The notes below the pieces were generated by a model that was given only the letters and a program-made list of their open reading frames with translations, searched no databases and was not told where the DNA came from. Positions 1-9,084 of a stretch of 42,636 nucleotides of DNA are shown piece by piece. Source of the stretch: Hyphomonadaceae bacterium (GTDB taxonomy: Bacteria; Pseudomonadota; Alphaproteobacteria; Caulobacterales; Hyphomonadaceae); contig JAUYSA010000157.1 in assembly GCA_030696545.1 (NCBI GenBank), forward strand, positions 1-42,636, in the 5' to 3' direction. Position 1 is the stretch's first letter. Each line of letters starts with the position of its first letter. Both the position numbers and the translations under genes were made by a program.

Positions 1-719
1 CCGGCATCCCATTCAAACTCCGGATAAAAGCGATCCATCATCCGCGAGACGTAAGCCACGAGGCGCGGCCGCGCGATTGCCGCATCGCGCACAGGCGTGT
101 CGAAGAAGGGCGTCATCGCCCCAGCGAGCGTCGCGAAAACAAACGCATCAGCGCCGCAAGGCCTGTCGCCCATCAGATACGGCTTGTCGCCAATGAACAC
201 CTCCAGCGCATCCAGCGAACGCTCGGCCAGCAAGGTGATCTCGTCCTCGCTATGCCGCGCAATTCCCCGCGCCATGAACCCGGCGCGCACACGCTCCAGC
301 ACATCCATCTTGATGGCTTCGCGCTGTTCCGCCGGCGCGCCATTGAAAAACTGCGCAGGCCCCTTCTCGAAATTCGCCGGCACGAGCCAGCGGAAATAGG
401 CAAAGGCCGGCGCCAGTTCGCGATCGATCATCAGCTCGATCGCCAGCGCCGTTGCGCGCTCCAGGGGTGAAAGGCCAGCATCGAAATCGATGCCGTACTC
501 GCGCTCAAGATGCATACGGATAAAGCTCGAGTCGCCGATCAGCTTACCGCCATCATCAATGAAAGGCAGCTGCCCCTTCGGCGCCTGTGCGGGATTTGCC
601 GCCTGCTTCTCATAGGCAAGCCCCGCCATGCGCAGATGCACCTCGGTCTTCGTCACATAGGGGCTCACTTCGGGAAGCTCGAAATTGGGACCGAAGCCGG
701 AAAGCGTGATCATGGTCAT
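1..719 (-). CDS. glutathione S-transferase family protein (C-terminal end runs off the window)
   Basis: Absent from the ORF track because it is open at the window edge. Manual minus-strand translation from ATG 719-717 gives MTMITLSGFGPNFELPEVSPYVTKTEVHLRMAGLAYEKQAANPAQAPKGQLPFIDDGGKL... I hand-translated only the first ~60 codons (719-541) and the last ~7 (...PEFEWDA, ending at base 3); absence of internal stops is inferred from a by-eye read and from the frame being missing from the stop-bounded ORF track. The start shows a GST N-domain (thioredoxin-like) pattern. Confidence 0.7.
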   Translation of the reverse strand, partial: MTMITLSGFGPNFELPEVSPYVTKTEVHLRMAGLAYEKQAANPAQAPKGQLPFIDDGGKLIGDSSFIRMHLEREYGIDFDAGLSPLERATALAIELMIDRELAPAFAYFRWLVPANFEKGPAQFFNGAPAEQREAIKMDVLERVRAGFMARGIARHSEDEITLLAERSLDALEVFIGDKPYLMGDRPCGADAFVFATLAGAMTPFFDTPVRDAAIARPRLVAYVSRMMDRFYPEFEWDA

Positions 720-822
720 TCCCCTTTTTTGTTGTCCGGCTTGCCTGTCCGAGCCTGATGACACATACCTGCCAGACGCCTGCTGACAGCATAGTGGCAG
801 CATGGATTGGGGAGGCGAAAAC

Positions 823-1563
823 ATGCGGAAGGCAGACCGTCTTTTCGAGATCATCCAGATCCTGCGGCGCTCGAAAAAGCCGATGACGGCCGACGCGATG
901 GCGCTCGAACTCGAAACCTCGAAACGCTCCGTCTATCGCGACATCGCAGCGCTCCTGGCCCAGCGCGTCCCCATCCGCGGCGAAGCCGGCATCGGCTATG
1001 TGCTCGACAAGGGGCTCGACATGCCGCCCCTGATGCTGACGACGGACGAGATCGAGGCGGCCGTCCTCGGCGCGCAATGGGTCATCAACCGCGGCGACCC
1101 GCAGCTATCGAAAGCCGCGCGCGACCTGCTCGCGAAAATCGAAGCCAGCATCCCCGAACGCCTGCGCCCGTATATCGACGATCCCGCCCATCGCGTCGTG
1201 CCCGCCTGGGATCGCATGAAGGACGCCATCGACCTCGGCGTCGTCCGCAACGCCATCAACGGCGCGCGCAAGATGAAGCTGGACTATCGCGACGCCGAAG
1301 GCCGCACGACGGAGCGCGTGATCTGGCCCATCCTGCTCGGCTACTACGAAACCACGCGCATCATCTGCGCCTGGTGCGAAACGCGAAAGGATTTCCGCTC
1401 CTTCCGCTCAGACCGCATCGTCAACGCCACCGTCCTCGAAGACCGCTATCCCGAACGCCCAGCCGTCATGCGCGTGAAATGGCGCAAGGCGATGGAAGCC
1501 GACTGGAAGAAACGCAAGGCCGAGTGGGAAAAACACAACGCCTGCGCCCCGGAAACTCCGTAA
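823..1563 (+). CDS. WYL-domain transcriptional regulator (YafY-like HTH + WYL)
   Basis: ORF 802..1563. Start placed at ATG 823 (MRKADRLFEIIQILR) behind GGAGG. N-terminal HTH is RSKKPMTADAMALELETSKRSVYRDIAAL. C-terminal WYL-like region is RVIWPILLGYYETTRIICAWCETRKDFRSFRSDRI. Divergent from the GST gene. Confidence 0.8.
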   Translation: MRKADRLFEIIQILRRSKKPMTADAMALELETSKRSVYRDIAALLAQRVPIRGEAGIGYVLDKGLDMPPLMLTTDEIEAAVLGAQWVINRGDPQLSKAARDLLAKIEASIPERLRPYIDDPAHRVVPAWDRMKDAIDLGVVRNAINGARKMKLDYRDAEGRTTERVIWPILLGYYETTRIICAWCETRKDFRSFRSDRIVNATVLEDRYPERPAVMRVKWRKAMEADWKKRKAEWEKHNACAPETP

Positions 1564-1587
1564 GCCGCATTCTCAGCAGACCGCCAC

Positions 1588-2075
1588 GACTTGTCATCCC
1601 GGAAGCGCGACTTGTCGCGCCGCCCCATCCCCCTCCGTCTCGCTTGCTACGCAAGCGATCCACCTCCCCCTGCTCCGCATGGGGAGGCAAACCACCACCG
1701 TTGCCTTGCCTCCACCGCCGAAGGCGGGGGAGGTGGATCGCTCGCACTTGCGAGCGAGACGGAGGGGGCTCACGCGCACCGCTGCCCGTCAGCCCCACTT
1801 CCCAACCCCTCAATCGTCATTCCGGACACGCGCGACGTGTCGCGCCGAAGCGCAGCAAAGGCGGAAGCGCGTGAGCCGGAACCCAGGAGCTAAACCCACC
1901 GCCCTCTCCCCACTCATCCCGGCGCAAGCCGGGACCCAGAGCCCCACCCACAACCTGTCATCCCGGAAGCGCGCAGCCCAAGAAGGCGACAATGTCCGGG
2001 ACCCATTCCGCGAGCACGACAGTCTCTCAATGGGTCCCGGCTCTCCGCTTCGCTACGGCCGGGATGACAAGCGTA
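1588..2075. repeat. cluster of REP/MITE-like palindromic intergenic repeats
   Basis: GTCATCCCGG-type motif at 1593, 1816 (GTCATTCCGG), 1913 (CTCATCCCGG) and 1957, and inverted at 2059-2068 (CCGGGATGAC). It is associated with GC palindromes GCGCGACTTGTCGCGC (1605-1620) and GCGCGACGTGTCGCGC (1830-1845). Overlapping ORFs in all frames are Arg/Pro-rich with no coding signal. Confidence 0.7.
1629..1768. repeat. large nested inverted repeat (about 42-nt arms, about 55-nt centre)
   Basis: Arm 1 (1629-1670) is CCCCCTCCGTCTCGCTTGCTACGCAAGCGATCCACCTCCCCC. The reverse complement of arm 2 (1726-1768) is CCCCCTCCGTCTCGCTCGCAAGTGCGAGCGATCCACCTCCCCC. The outer 16 and inner 16 nt are identical. Each arm has its own internal hairpin, and the centre has a further GGAGGCAA/TTGCCTCC stem. 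Confidence 0.75.
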
Positions 2076-2093
2076 GATGACGCAGGTTTTCCC

Positions 2094-2128
2094 CAAACAA
2101 AAACGCCGGCCCCGTGAAAGGCCGGCGT
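2094..2128 (-). terminator. Rho-independent terminator of the TonB-dependent receptor gene
   Basis: Stem CGCCGGCC (2104-2111) / GGCCGGCG (2120-2127). On the minus strand it is followed by TTTTTGTTTG. It lies 23 nt after the stop codon at 2151. Confidence 0.75.
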
Positions 2129-2150
2129 AATTGCTGTCAGTGACAGTCGA

Positions 2151-5039
2151 TTAGAAGCGGATCTGAAGCTCGGCGCCGAACGAACGCGGCAGGCGAAGCT
2201 GTTCCGATGTCGTGTAGCACGACGTTGCCGGACGTGCGCCCGGACCCGCCGTCGTGGCAGGCGTCGATTCGCACAGCGTCGGCGCGACTTCCTTGTTCAG
2301 GCCTTCGCGCAGACCGGCGTCCACGCCGTCGATTTCGTACTGGACTTCGTCGAACACGTTCTTGACCCAGCCGATCAGCGTGATGTTGCCGTCCGCATTG
2401 GTCCAGCTCAGGCGCGCGTCCGTCTGATCGAAGCTCGGAACCTTCGAGTAGCTCCGGTTGAAGATCGAGGTGAACGAGATGTCCTGCCAGAAATAGCTGA
2501 CCGAAGCATCGAGCGACGAGCCGTCGTCAAAGTCCCAGGTGTAAACGGTGTTCAGCGCGACCTTGTGCTTCGGGCTGTAGGGCAGAAGGTTGCCCTCGAC
2601 AGACTGACCCTGCTGTCCAAGGCAGGCCGGGCCGCCGCAGGCATCCGGATCCGGATCGGCCGGCGGTCCAAGCGGCTGGGCCGCCGGGTCCATGGCGTAA
2701 GGATCAAGGCCGTGAACCAGCGACGGCGATGCGCCGATTTCCGGGTTCGTGAAGCCGTAGTTCAGGATGAACCGCAGGTTGTCGGTCGGGTACCACATCG
2801 TCTCGAGCTCGAAGCCCGAAATGGTGGTCTCCGGCAGGTTCACGTAGGACGTGTAAGGCAGCGGACGCACGGCCGGGCCTGCGCCATCCGGATCGGACGG
2901 CACGACGCCGTTCGGCACCTGATAGCCTTTGTAGTCGTACAGGAAGGCCACGGCGTTCGTGGTCAGGTACCAGTCTTTCCAGTCACGCTTGAAACCGATC
3001 TCGTACGCGTCGACGAGTTCCTGGTCCGTGTACGGCGTCGCCTGCAGCAGCGCGTAAACGTCTTGCGCGCCCAGACCGCCGGGTTTGTAGCCACGGTTGT
3101 ACTTGCCGTAGATCAGCGTGTCGTCATCCGGCGTCCAGTCGATGCCAAGCACGCCCGTGATTTCTTCCCAGCTGGCGGCCAGGTCGCGGTAGCGGTTGCC
3201 CGTGGTCGGATCGAGATAGATGCCGACCTGCTCCTGACGGTCCGTGCTTGTCGGGTTGGCGTTGAGAACGCCGCGCCCCACCTGCCCCGTCGCCGGGTCA
3301 GTGCCGCCGAGTTCGCTGGTCAGATCGACACGCGCCGGAATGGTGGCTGTGACGAAGCCGAGCACGGCTGGTCCAAGAGCGTCAAGGAAGCCGTTCTCGA
3401 TGTCCTGTTCGACGACATAGTGGTTCACATAGCGCGCGTATTCGCGGCCGCTCTGACGATCCGTCGACCAGCGCAGGCCGGCGGTCAGCTTCCACTGGTC
3501 ATTGATCTGGTAGTCGCTCTGCACGAACGCGCCATAGGCGTTGTTCAGGTTCTGGTTGCTCGTGAACAGGATCAGCGACTCGCCAACCGGCGTCCCCGAA
3601 GCCGCATTCCGCCCGCCGCCATTCGCCAGGATCGGTAACGGCGCCAGCGGCGTGAACGGGCCAGCGCCTGTCAGGCCGTCCGCGTAGGCCAGGATATTGT
3701 TGAGCCCATAAACTGGCCCACCCGGATCAACAGCGTTCCCGACGAACACCGTCTGCGTGTAGTTCTCCTGATACTGGTAAAGCCCCGCCACCATCTGCAG
3801 CGGACCATCCCAGGTCGACAGGAAGTTGATCTCGTTCGAGAACCAGGCGCGATTCTCTGTATAATCAGATATCCGCTCCGACTCGATCACACGATCATAA
3901 TAAGCCCCCTCATGCGTATAACGCTTGATGGGAGAGCCATCCTGATCGTCTTGCAGGTTGTAGTTATAATACACGTACCCGCCGAGGTATTTGATGTCGA
4001 AATTATCGGCGTGCCAGATGGCTTCAGCCGCGATCTCGTTGGTCGGCGTCAGGTGCGCAACGGCGGTGAAGTCGCTGTTGAACGCATAGCGATCATTGAT
4101 CGCCGGGTTGGTGCTCTGCGAGCCAACCTGAACGCGATTCGGGTCAAGCAGGCCGGCAAAACCGTTCGGGCCGATATCGTCCGGACCGTTGGCGAACAGT
4201 GTCGAATAAGCCTGACGCGAGCCGACGCCGGTACGAGCGCCGGGGCCGCCCTGGCGATCCCACGACAGACGATTGTAGCGCAGCCACCATTCGAAATCGT
4301 CGCCAAACTCGCCCTCGAGTTGGGCCTCGAGATAATACTCGTCGTTGCGCAGGCCCTCACTCTCGAGGCCAGACGCATTGTTCAGGAAGCCTTCGTTCTG
4401 CGCGGAGCGGGCGCCGCCAAAGCGATAACGCAGCGAGTCCGTGATCGGACCCGAAACCGTGCCTTCAACTTTCATCGAGTCAAAGTTGCCGGCGCCGATG
4501 TTGAACTGGCCTTCGAATTCTTCTGTCGGGCGCTTGGAGATCAGGTTCAGCGCGCCGCCGATGGAGTCGCGACCGTAAAGCGTGCCTTGCGGCCCCCGCA
4601 CAACCTCGACGCGCTCAACGAAGAGCGCAGGACGGCCGGCAGGGATCGAGGACGAGTAATAAACGCCGTCGATATAGTTCGAGATGCCCGAGCGAATGCC
4701 GAAATTGTTCGATGTGCGCGTGACGCCGCGCATGCCCAGACGATCGCTGGCGCTTGAGTAGGTCAGGCCCGGAGCGAAGTTCGTGTAATCCGTGACCGTG
4801 GTGAGGCCGATCTGGTCACGCAGTTCCGACGTGATCGCGGTTACGGCGACCGCGATATCCTGAACGGTCTCTTCCCGCTTCTGGGCCGTAACAACTACAA
4901 CGTCGCGGCGATCATCCACTTCCTCCGGTGGCGCCTGTGGCGCAGTGTCGGGCGTGGCTTCGGTGACTTGCGCCATCGCCGGCATGGCGAGGCTGAGCGC
5001 GATCAAACTGACGAGCGAAAGGCGATTAAGCGGCGCCAT
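2151..5039 (-). CDS. TonB-dependent outer-membrane receptor
   Basis: ORF 2151..5132. Start moved to ATG 5039 (MAPLNRLSLVSLIALSLAMPAMAQ signal peptide, GGGAGA RBS). Plug motifs are VVVTAQKREETVQDIAVAVTAI and VEVVRGPQGTLYGRDSIGGALNLISK. The C-terminus ends in the aromatic residue typical of the barrel (ELQIRF). Confidence 0.9.
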   Translation of the reverse strand: MAPLNRLSLVSLIALSLAMPAMAQVTEATPDTAPQAPPEEVDDRRDVVVVTAQKREETVQDIAVAVTAITSELRDQIGLTTVTDYTNFAPGLTYSSASDRLGMRGVTRTSNNFGIRSGISNYIDGVYYSSSIPAGRPALFVERVEVVRGPQGTLYGRDSIGGALNLISKRPTEEFEGQFNIGAGNFDSMKVEGTVSGPITDSLRYRFGGARSAQNEGFLNNASGLESEGLRNDEYYLEAQLEGEFGDDFEWWLRYNRLSWDRQGGPGARTGVGSRQAYSTLFANGPDDIGPNGFAGLLDPNRVQVGSQSTNPAINDRYAFNSDFTAVAHLTPTNEIAAEAIWHADNFDIKYLGGYVYYNYNLQDDQDGSPIKRYTHEGAYYDRVIESERISDYTENRAWFSNEINFLSTWDGPLQMVAGLYQYQENYTQTVFVGNAVDPGGPVYGLNNILAYADGLTGAGPFTPLAPLPILANGGGRNAASGTPVGESLILFTSNQNLNNAYGAFVQSDYQINDQWKLTAGLRWSTDRQSGREYARYVNHYVVEQDIENGFLDALGPAVLGFVTATIPARVDLTSELGGTDPATGQVGRGVLNANPTSTDRQEQVGIYLDPTTGNRYRDLAASWEEITGVLGIDWTPDDDTLIYGKYNRGYKPGGLGAQDVYALLQATPYTDQELVDAYEIGFKRDWKDWYLTTNAVAFLYDYKGYQVPNGVVPSDPDGAGPAVRPLPYTSYVNLPETTISGFELETMWYPTDNLRFILNYGFTNPEIGASPSLVHGLDPYAMDPAAQPLGPPADPDPDACGGPACLGQQGQSVEGNLLPYSPKHKVALNTVYTWDFDDGSSLDASVSYFWQDISFTSIFNRSYSKVPSFDQTDARLSWTNADGNITLIGWVKNVFDEVQYEIDGVDAGLREGLNKEVAPTLCESTPATTAGPGARPATSCYTTSEQLRLPRSFGAELQIRF

Positions 5040-5336
5040 GTAGTTCTCCCTGGGCGGGTACGCGATCGCGTACCCGTATTGTTTTTCACGACATCCCGCG
5101 CGGGGATAGATATCCGCTTGCGTAAACGTCACCTTATAGCTGCGGTTCTAGCGGCAGCGAGGCCGTAAGGGAATGGCGTTACGTCCGCCATTACGCCCAT
5201 AGGCAACGTCATTCCTTTGCAAGGAGAAGTTTAACGCTACGTCACCACGCTTAGTGGATCGCGTTTTCGTCGCGGCGGTATGGTTTCGACGTCACAATTT
5301 CAGGACCGCCAATCCCAGCAGACTCGCCTGGCCAGC

Positions 5337-7073
5337 CTAGATGGCTTCCATGGTGATGCTGTCGAAATCACCCCGCCAGAGAGTTCTGGATTCCCTTAGG
5401 GAAGCCGCACCAGCCTTCGCCTGACCAAGTCCGTACTGGGCGCGCCCTAGCACCCAGAGCGCGAGCGGATCGTGTTTCCATTCCTTCAGAGAGGCCAAAG
5501 CCTCGGCCTCGGCTTTGGCGTAGTCGCCCGCCTTGAGGTAGGCGGCCGCCAGAGAGCGGCGAACCGGATACCACCAGTCCGGCGGGTCCATCCAACCGCC
5601 GAACTCTTTCTCCTGCAACGCAGCACCCTTGCTGAAGCTGGCGATCGCAACGCGCGGATTGCCTTCGGCCATGGCAAGACGCCCTTCGAGCACAGCGATG
5701 GCGACCTGAGCTTCGGGGTCGTCGGCGGAAACCTTGCGCAATTTTCCAAGTTCCGCCCGGGCGCCCGCAGCATCACCCTTCTGCAGCAGGGCCTCGCCCC
5801 GGCCGTAGGCGTGATAGGCGCGGAAATAGTCTTCGTCGCGCGAGCTGGGCTTGAGCGCGAGCATCTTGTCCGGTGCGTAGCGCGCGAGCGCGACATAGGT
5901 GCGGGGCGTGGGATCAAAGCGCTTCTTCTCCCCGACGTCAGGATAAGCCTTCGTCACATGTTCCGCATAACGCAGCGCGAGTTCGCCATCGCCCGACATC
6001 ATCGCGCCCGCGAGGCCAAACGCGAAATTGTGCGAATAGTACATGGGCATCTCGAAGCCCTTGATCATGGGCGGGCGAGGATCACCGCCGCTGGCCATCC
6101 ACGCAGAGTCGGTCGCGATCGCCTTGGCGTTCACAACTGCCGCATCCTGATAAAGTCCGGCGCGGAAGAATGTGTGAGCCGGCATGTGGACAAGATGGCT
6201 GGCCATGGGCGCGAGATCGCCGAGGCGCTTGGCATAGGGCAACGCATCTTCAGCGCGTTTATCGAACTCGGTGGCGTGTATGTAATAGTGGATCGCGCCC
6301 GTGTCGTTTGGGTGATCCTTCAGAACGGCCTCAAGGATGACCAGCGCAGCCTTGAGATCTGCGTTGCTCTCACGATTTGATGACATCATCAGGCTGTGCG
6401 CGGCGAGAACGCCAAGCTCTGCCTCGGCGGGATAATCGGCCGCGATCTTCGCAAGCGCTGTGGCGAAAGCGGGCTCCGTGCTCGCCTCTTCAGCCACGAC
6501 GCCGGCCTCCCCTGCCTTGCCGGCGGCGGCTTTCTCACCTGCAGAAGCAGGTGGTTCGGCATAGCGAGCCATCATGACTTCGGCCAGCCTGCGCGCCTTG
6601 TCATCGCCCGGCTTGGCGAGCGATTGCGCACGCACGGCAGCGGCGAGCGCCAATTTGCGCTCGTCATCCTTGATGCCGTAGTTGAGCGTCGGCCCCAGCG
6701 CCCATGCTTCGCCCCACGCGCACATCGAGCAGGTCGGATCGAGCTCGACCGCACGTTTCATCGCGGCCTTGGCGTCCTGATGGTAGAAGGCGTGACTAAG
6801 CGCGAGGCCATAGTTGAACCACGCCTGCGCTTCGCCGTTCGCCGTGTCGACCTTGAAGCCGCCCGTGCCCATGCCATCAGCAAGCTTCAGATTCGGGTTT
6901 GCCGTAGCGAGGCCGGAGGCCTCCGCCGAGCAGAGCGCGTTGAGCGCGAGCAATCCATCTACTGTCGGGTCGCCGAAAGAAGGCGCCAGCGCCGCGATCG
7001 GCGGCACGACGGCAGAGCCCGTTGCGCATGCCGAAAGTGCGATCATCGCCGTCGCCAAGATCCGTCTGTGCAT
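5337..7073 (-). CDS. TPR-repeat lipoprotein
   Basis: 578-aa ORF with signal peptide and lipobox (MIALSAC). It has repeated TPR-like helices, e.g. AWFNYGLALSHAFYHQDAKAAMKRAVELDP and YAKAEAEALASLKEWKHDPLALWVLGRAQYGLGQ. Confidence 0.6.
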   Translation of the reverse strand: MHRRILATAMIALSACATGSAVVPPIAALAPSFGDPTVDGLLALNALCSAEASGLATANPNLKLADGMGTGGFKVDTANGEAQAWFNYGLALSHAFYHQDAKAAMKRAVELDPTCSMCAWGEAWALGPTLNYGIKDDERKLALAAAVRAQSLAKPGDDKARRLAEVMMARYAEPPASAGEKAAAGKAGEAGVVAEEASTEPAFATALAKIAADYPAEAELGVLAAHSLMMSSNRESNADLKAALVILEAVLKDHPNDTGAIHYYIHATEFDKRAEDALPYAKRLGDLAPMASHLVHMPAHTFFRAGLYQDAAVVNAKAIATDSAWMASGGDPRPPMIKGFEMPMYYSHNFAFGLAGAMMSGDGELALRYAEHVTKAYPDVGEKKRFDPTPRTYVALARYAPDKMLALKPSSRDEDYFRAYHAYGRGEALLQKGDAAGARAELGKLRKVSADDPEAQVAIAVLEGRLAMAEGNPRVAIASFSKGAALQEKEFGGWMDPPDWWYPVRRSLAAAYLKAGDYAKAEAEALASLKEWKHDPLALWVLGRAQYGLGQAKAGAASLRESRTLWRGDFDSITMEAI

Positions 7074-7129
7074 CCCGCTCTCCCCGTTCGCGGCAATGCT
7101 AGCCTATGGCTTCGCTCAAGCCAAATACG

Positions 7130-7756
7130 TCAGGCGCGCCGCTCAAGCTGACGGATCACGCAAGCGACTTCGTTGTCGCTATCGGCTTCGATGCGGATCG
7201 CCGAAACCTCTCGCCAGTCCTTGCGATCGAAGTCGGGGAAGAACACGTCGGCCTCACGTTCGGCTTCCACATCGGTCAGCGTCATGTGGGTCGCGACCGC
7301 GAGACCTGCCGCATAGATTTCCGCCCCGCCAATGATCGATACTTCCGGAACTCCTGATTGCGCAGCCATCGCTCGCGCAGCCGCGAGAGCCGGCGGAAGG
7401 CTGGAATAAACAAACGCGCCGGGAGCAAGGAATTCGAGATTGCGGGTCGCGACGATATTCGGCCTGCCCGGCAGGGGGCGCTTCGGAAAACTTTCCCACG
7501 TCTTGCGGCCCATCACCAAAGGCGTCCGGGCTGTTACCTTGCGGAAATTGGCCATGTCGGCCTTCAGGCGGAACAGCAGCCGGTTTTCGAAGCCAAGCTC
7601 GCCGCGCTTGCCTATGGCGGCGACAATCCTGACGCCGATCGGGTCATTGCTGACGGGAAAGGTGGACGATGACACGGGGGAACCTGTATTGACGCTAAGC
7701 GCCGCAATAAGGGTCGCGGCGTCGGCAGTCGAACCCTCGTTCGTTCGCCGATGCAA
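7130..7756 (-). CDS. folA: dihydrofolate reductase
   Basis: Motifs IVAAIGKRGELGFENRLLFRLKADMANFRKVTARTPLVMGRKTWESFPKRPLPGRPNIV and IIGGAEIY. The start is uncertain: ATG 7756 gives an N-terminal extension of about 35 aa, and an alternative GTG lies at 7675. Confidence 0.85.
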   Translation of the reverse strand: MHRRTNEGSTADAATLIAALSVNTGSPVSSSTFPVSNDPIGVRIVAAIGKRGELGFENRLLFRLKADMANFRKVTARTPLVMGRKTWESFPKRPLPGRPNIVATRNLEFLAPGAFVYSSLPPALAAARAMAAQSGVPEVSIIGGAEIYAAGLAVATHMTLTDVEAEREADVFFPDFDRKDWREVSAIRIEADSDNEVACVIRQLERRA

Positions 7757-7776
7757 GTATTTAGAGCGGGTCGGGC

Positions 7777-8466
7777 ATGAACGCCTTCTGGAACGAGCTT
7801 GTCTCGGCCCTGACCAATGGTCAGCCGGCGCAGCTGCCTCTGGCTCTGCTCGGAATCGCCGTCACGGCTGGCCTGATCTGGTATCTCAAGGGTCGCACGT
7901 GGGCGTACATCTATGTGGCCCTGATTCCCCTGCTCAACTGGAGCTTCGGACGGCCGGAAGTTCCCCACGTTGATCTGACGCCTATGTTCGGCGGGATTTT
8001 CGGCGCATCGCACAACATCATCTTCAACCCGCTGACTATCGCCACCGGCATGGTGTTCGTGGTGCGCGACTTCGTTCAGCGCGAGATGGGGCATCGCGTG
8101 CTGGTGCTGATGGCGCTCGCGATCGGGTGGTCGTTTTACTATTCCTGGCCGGTGATCGCACTTGCCTCTGGCATTGCTTTCGCGATTTCGGAAACGGCTG
8201 ACTGGCTGCTCTTCACATTCACGAAATACAGGCTGTCGACGCGCATCCTTCTGTCGAGCGCCCTTGCGGCGCCAATCGACACGACGGTCTTCCTTTATGG
8301 CGCGGACCTGGCCCAGGTTATGGCTGGCGTGGCCGAGCCGGGAAGCCAGTTCAATGTCGCCAACTGGATCTTCTTCATCATCGGCAAGATGATCGGGGCT
8401 GTCGTTGTCTCCGCGATGATCCGCTACCGCGAGAAGCGAGGCGAGATTGATCCGGCCGCGGCCTGA
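7777..8466 (+). CDS. polytopic membrane protein, VUT/YhhQ-like (queuosine-precursor transporter family, DUF165)
   Basis: 229-aa hydrophobic ORF. Segments VFVVRDFVQREMG and AAPIDTTVFLYG resemble the YhhQ motifs ATDLTVRIFG and GNVSDTLAFFF. The family call is tentative. Confidence 0.5.
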   Translation: MNAFWNELVSALTNGQPAQLPLALLGIAVTAGLIWYLKGRTWAYIYVALIPLLNWSFGRPEVPHVDLTPMFGGIFGASHNIIFNPLTIATGMVFVVRDFVQREMGHRVLVLMALAIGWSFYYSWPVIALASGIAFAISETADWLLFTFTKYRLSTRILLSSALAAPIDTTVFLYGADLAQVMAGVAEPGSQFNVANWIFFIIGKMIGAVVVSAMIRYREKRGEIDPAAA

Positions 8467-8492
8467 TCTCTTCTGTCAAATGCACAAACAGA

Positions 8493-8518
8493 AAGGGCGG
8501 TCCTGGTGGACCGCCCTT
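8493..8518 (-). terminator. hairpin terminator between convergent genes
   Basis: AAGGGCGGTCC (8493-8503), loop TGGT, GGACCGCCCTT (8508-8518). On the minus strand it is followed by TCTGTTTGTG. Confidence 0.6.
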
Positions 8519-8561
8519 CCGCAGCTCTTGCGAGCTTCTTTAACGTCAGCAGGTCGGAGAC

Positions 8562-8804
8562 TTAGTGAGTCTCAGCCGGCGTCGTGGTGGTCGTGGTCGT
8601 GGTGGTTTCGGTCGGCGGAACAGCAGCCGGATCAACCGGGGCCGTCATGGCCGGGTCAACCGGAGCAGGAGCCGGGGTTTCCACGACCGCAGCCGGGGTT
8701 TCCACAGTCGTCGTCGTGGTGGTGGTTTCGGCCGGCGTCGATTCCGAGCAGGCAGCGAAGCCGAGCGCGGCAACCGCGACGAGCGCGGCAAAGGTCATTT
8801 TCAT
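8562..8804 (-). CDS. small Thr/Pro-rich lipoprotein
   Basis: Product is MKMTFAALVAVAALGFAACSESTPAETTTTTTTVETPAAVVETPAPAPVDPAMTAPVDPAAVPPTETTTTTTTTTPAETH. It has a signal peptide with lipobox GFAAC and a low-complexity mature part. Confidence 0.6.
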   Translation of the reverse strand: MKMTFAALVAVAALGFAACSESTPAETTTTTTTVETPAAVVETPAPAPVDPAMTAPVDPAAVPPTETTTTTTTTTPAETH

Positions 8805-9084
8805 AGGACAGATCCCTCCGACGGATCACACCCGCCTCGGGGATGAAGGTCCGGGCGGCAGTGGTTCATCATCTGCGGCGGGGAAAAGCACAAGATGTTG
8901 AATCATTGCGATTTCTACAGCTTGATTGCGTGAACCTTAACGTCCGGGCGATCAGCCTCTCAGGCTTGCATGGCAATCGCGTCGCGAAGCGACTGGCTGG
9001 TCATTTCGGTTACGGCGATATCCTTGAATCCATTCGGGTGTCACAGCAGCTGGAATTGCGGACGGCGACAACGCCCGGGGACGC

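Noticed and set aside
807-1874. 355-aa plus-strand ORF overlapping the WYL regulator and running into the repeat block
   Set aside because: It is an alternative frame of a recognisable gene. The product is extreme in Arg/Pro/Ser, which is a GC-frame artefact.
2565-4757. Long plus-strand ORFs (2565..3638, 3912..4757) inside the TonB-dependent receptor gene
   Set aside because: They are antisense to a gene with clear family motifs. Their products are Arg/Ala/Val-rich, as expected for antisense frames in high-GC DNA, and there is no RBS or motif support.
7675-7756. N-terminal extension of about 35 aa on DHFR, considered as a possible targeting or regulatory peptide
   Set aside because: It is more likely a start-codon ambiguity (ATG 7756 versus GTG 7675). 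Neither start has a convincing RBS, and this cannot be resolved from sequence alone.
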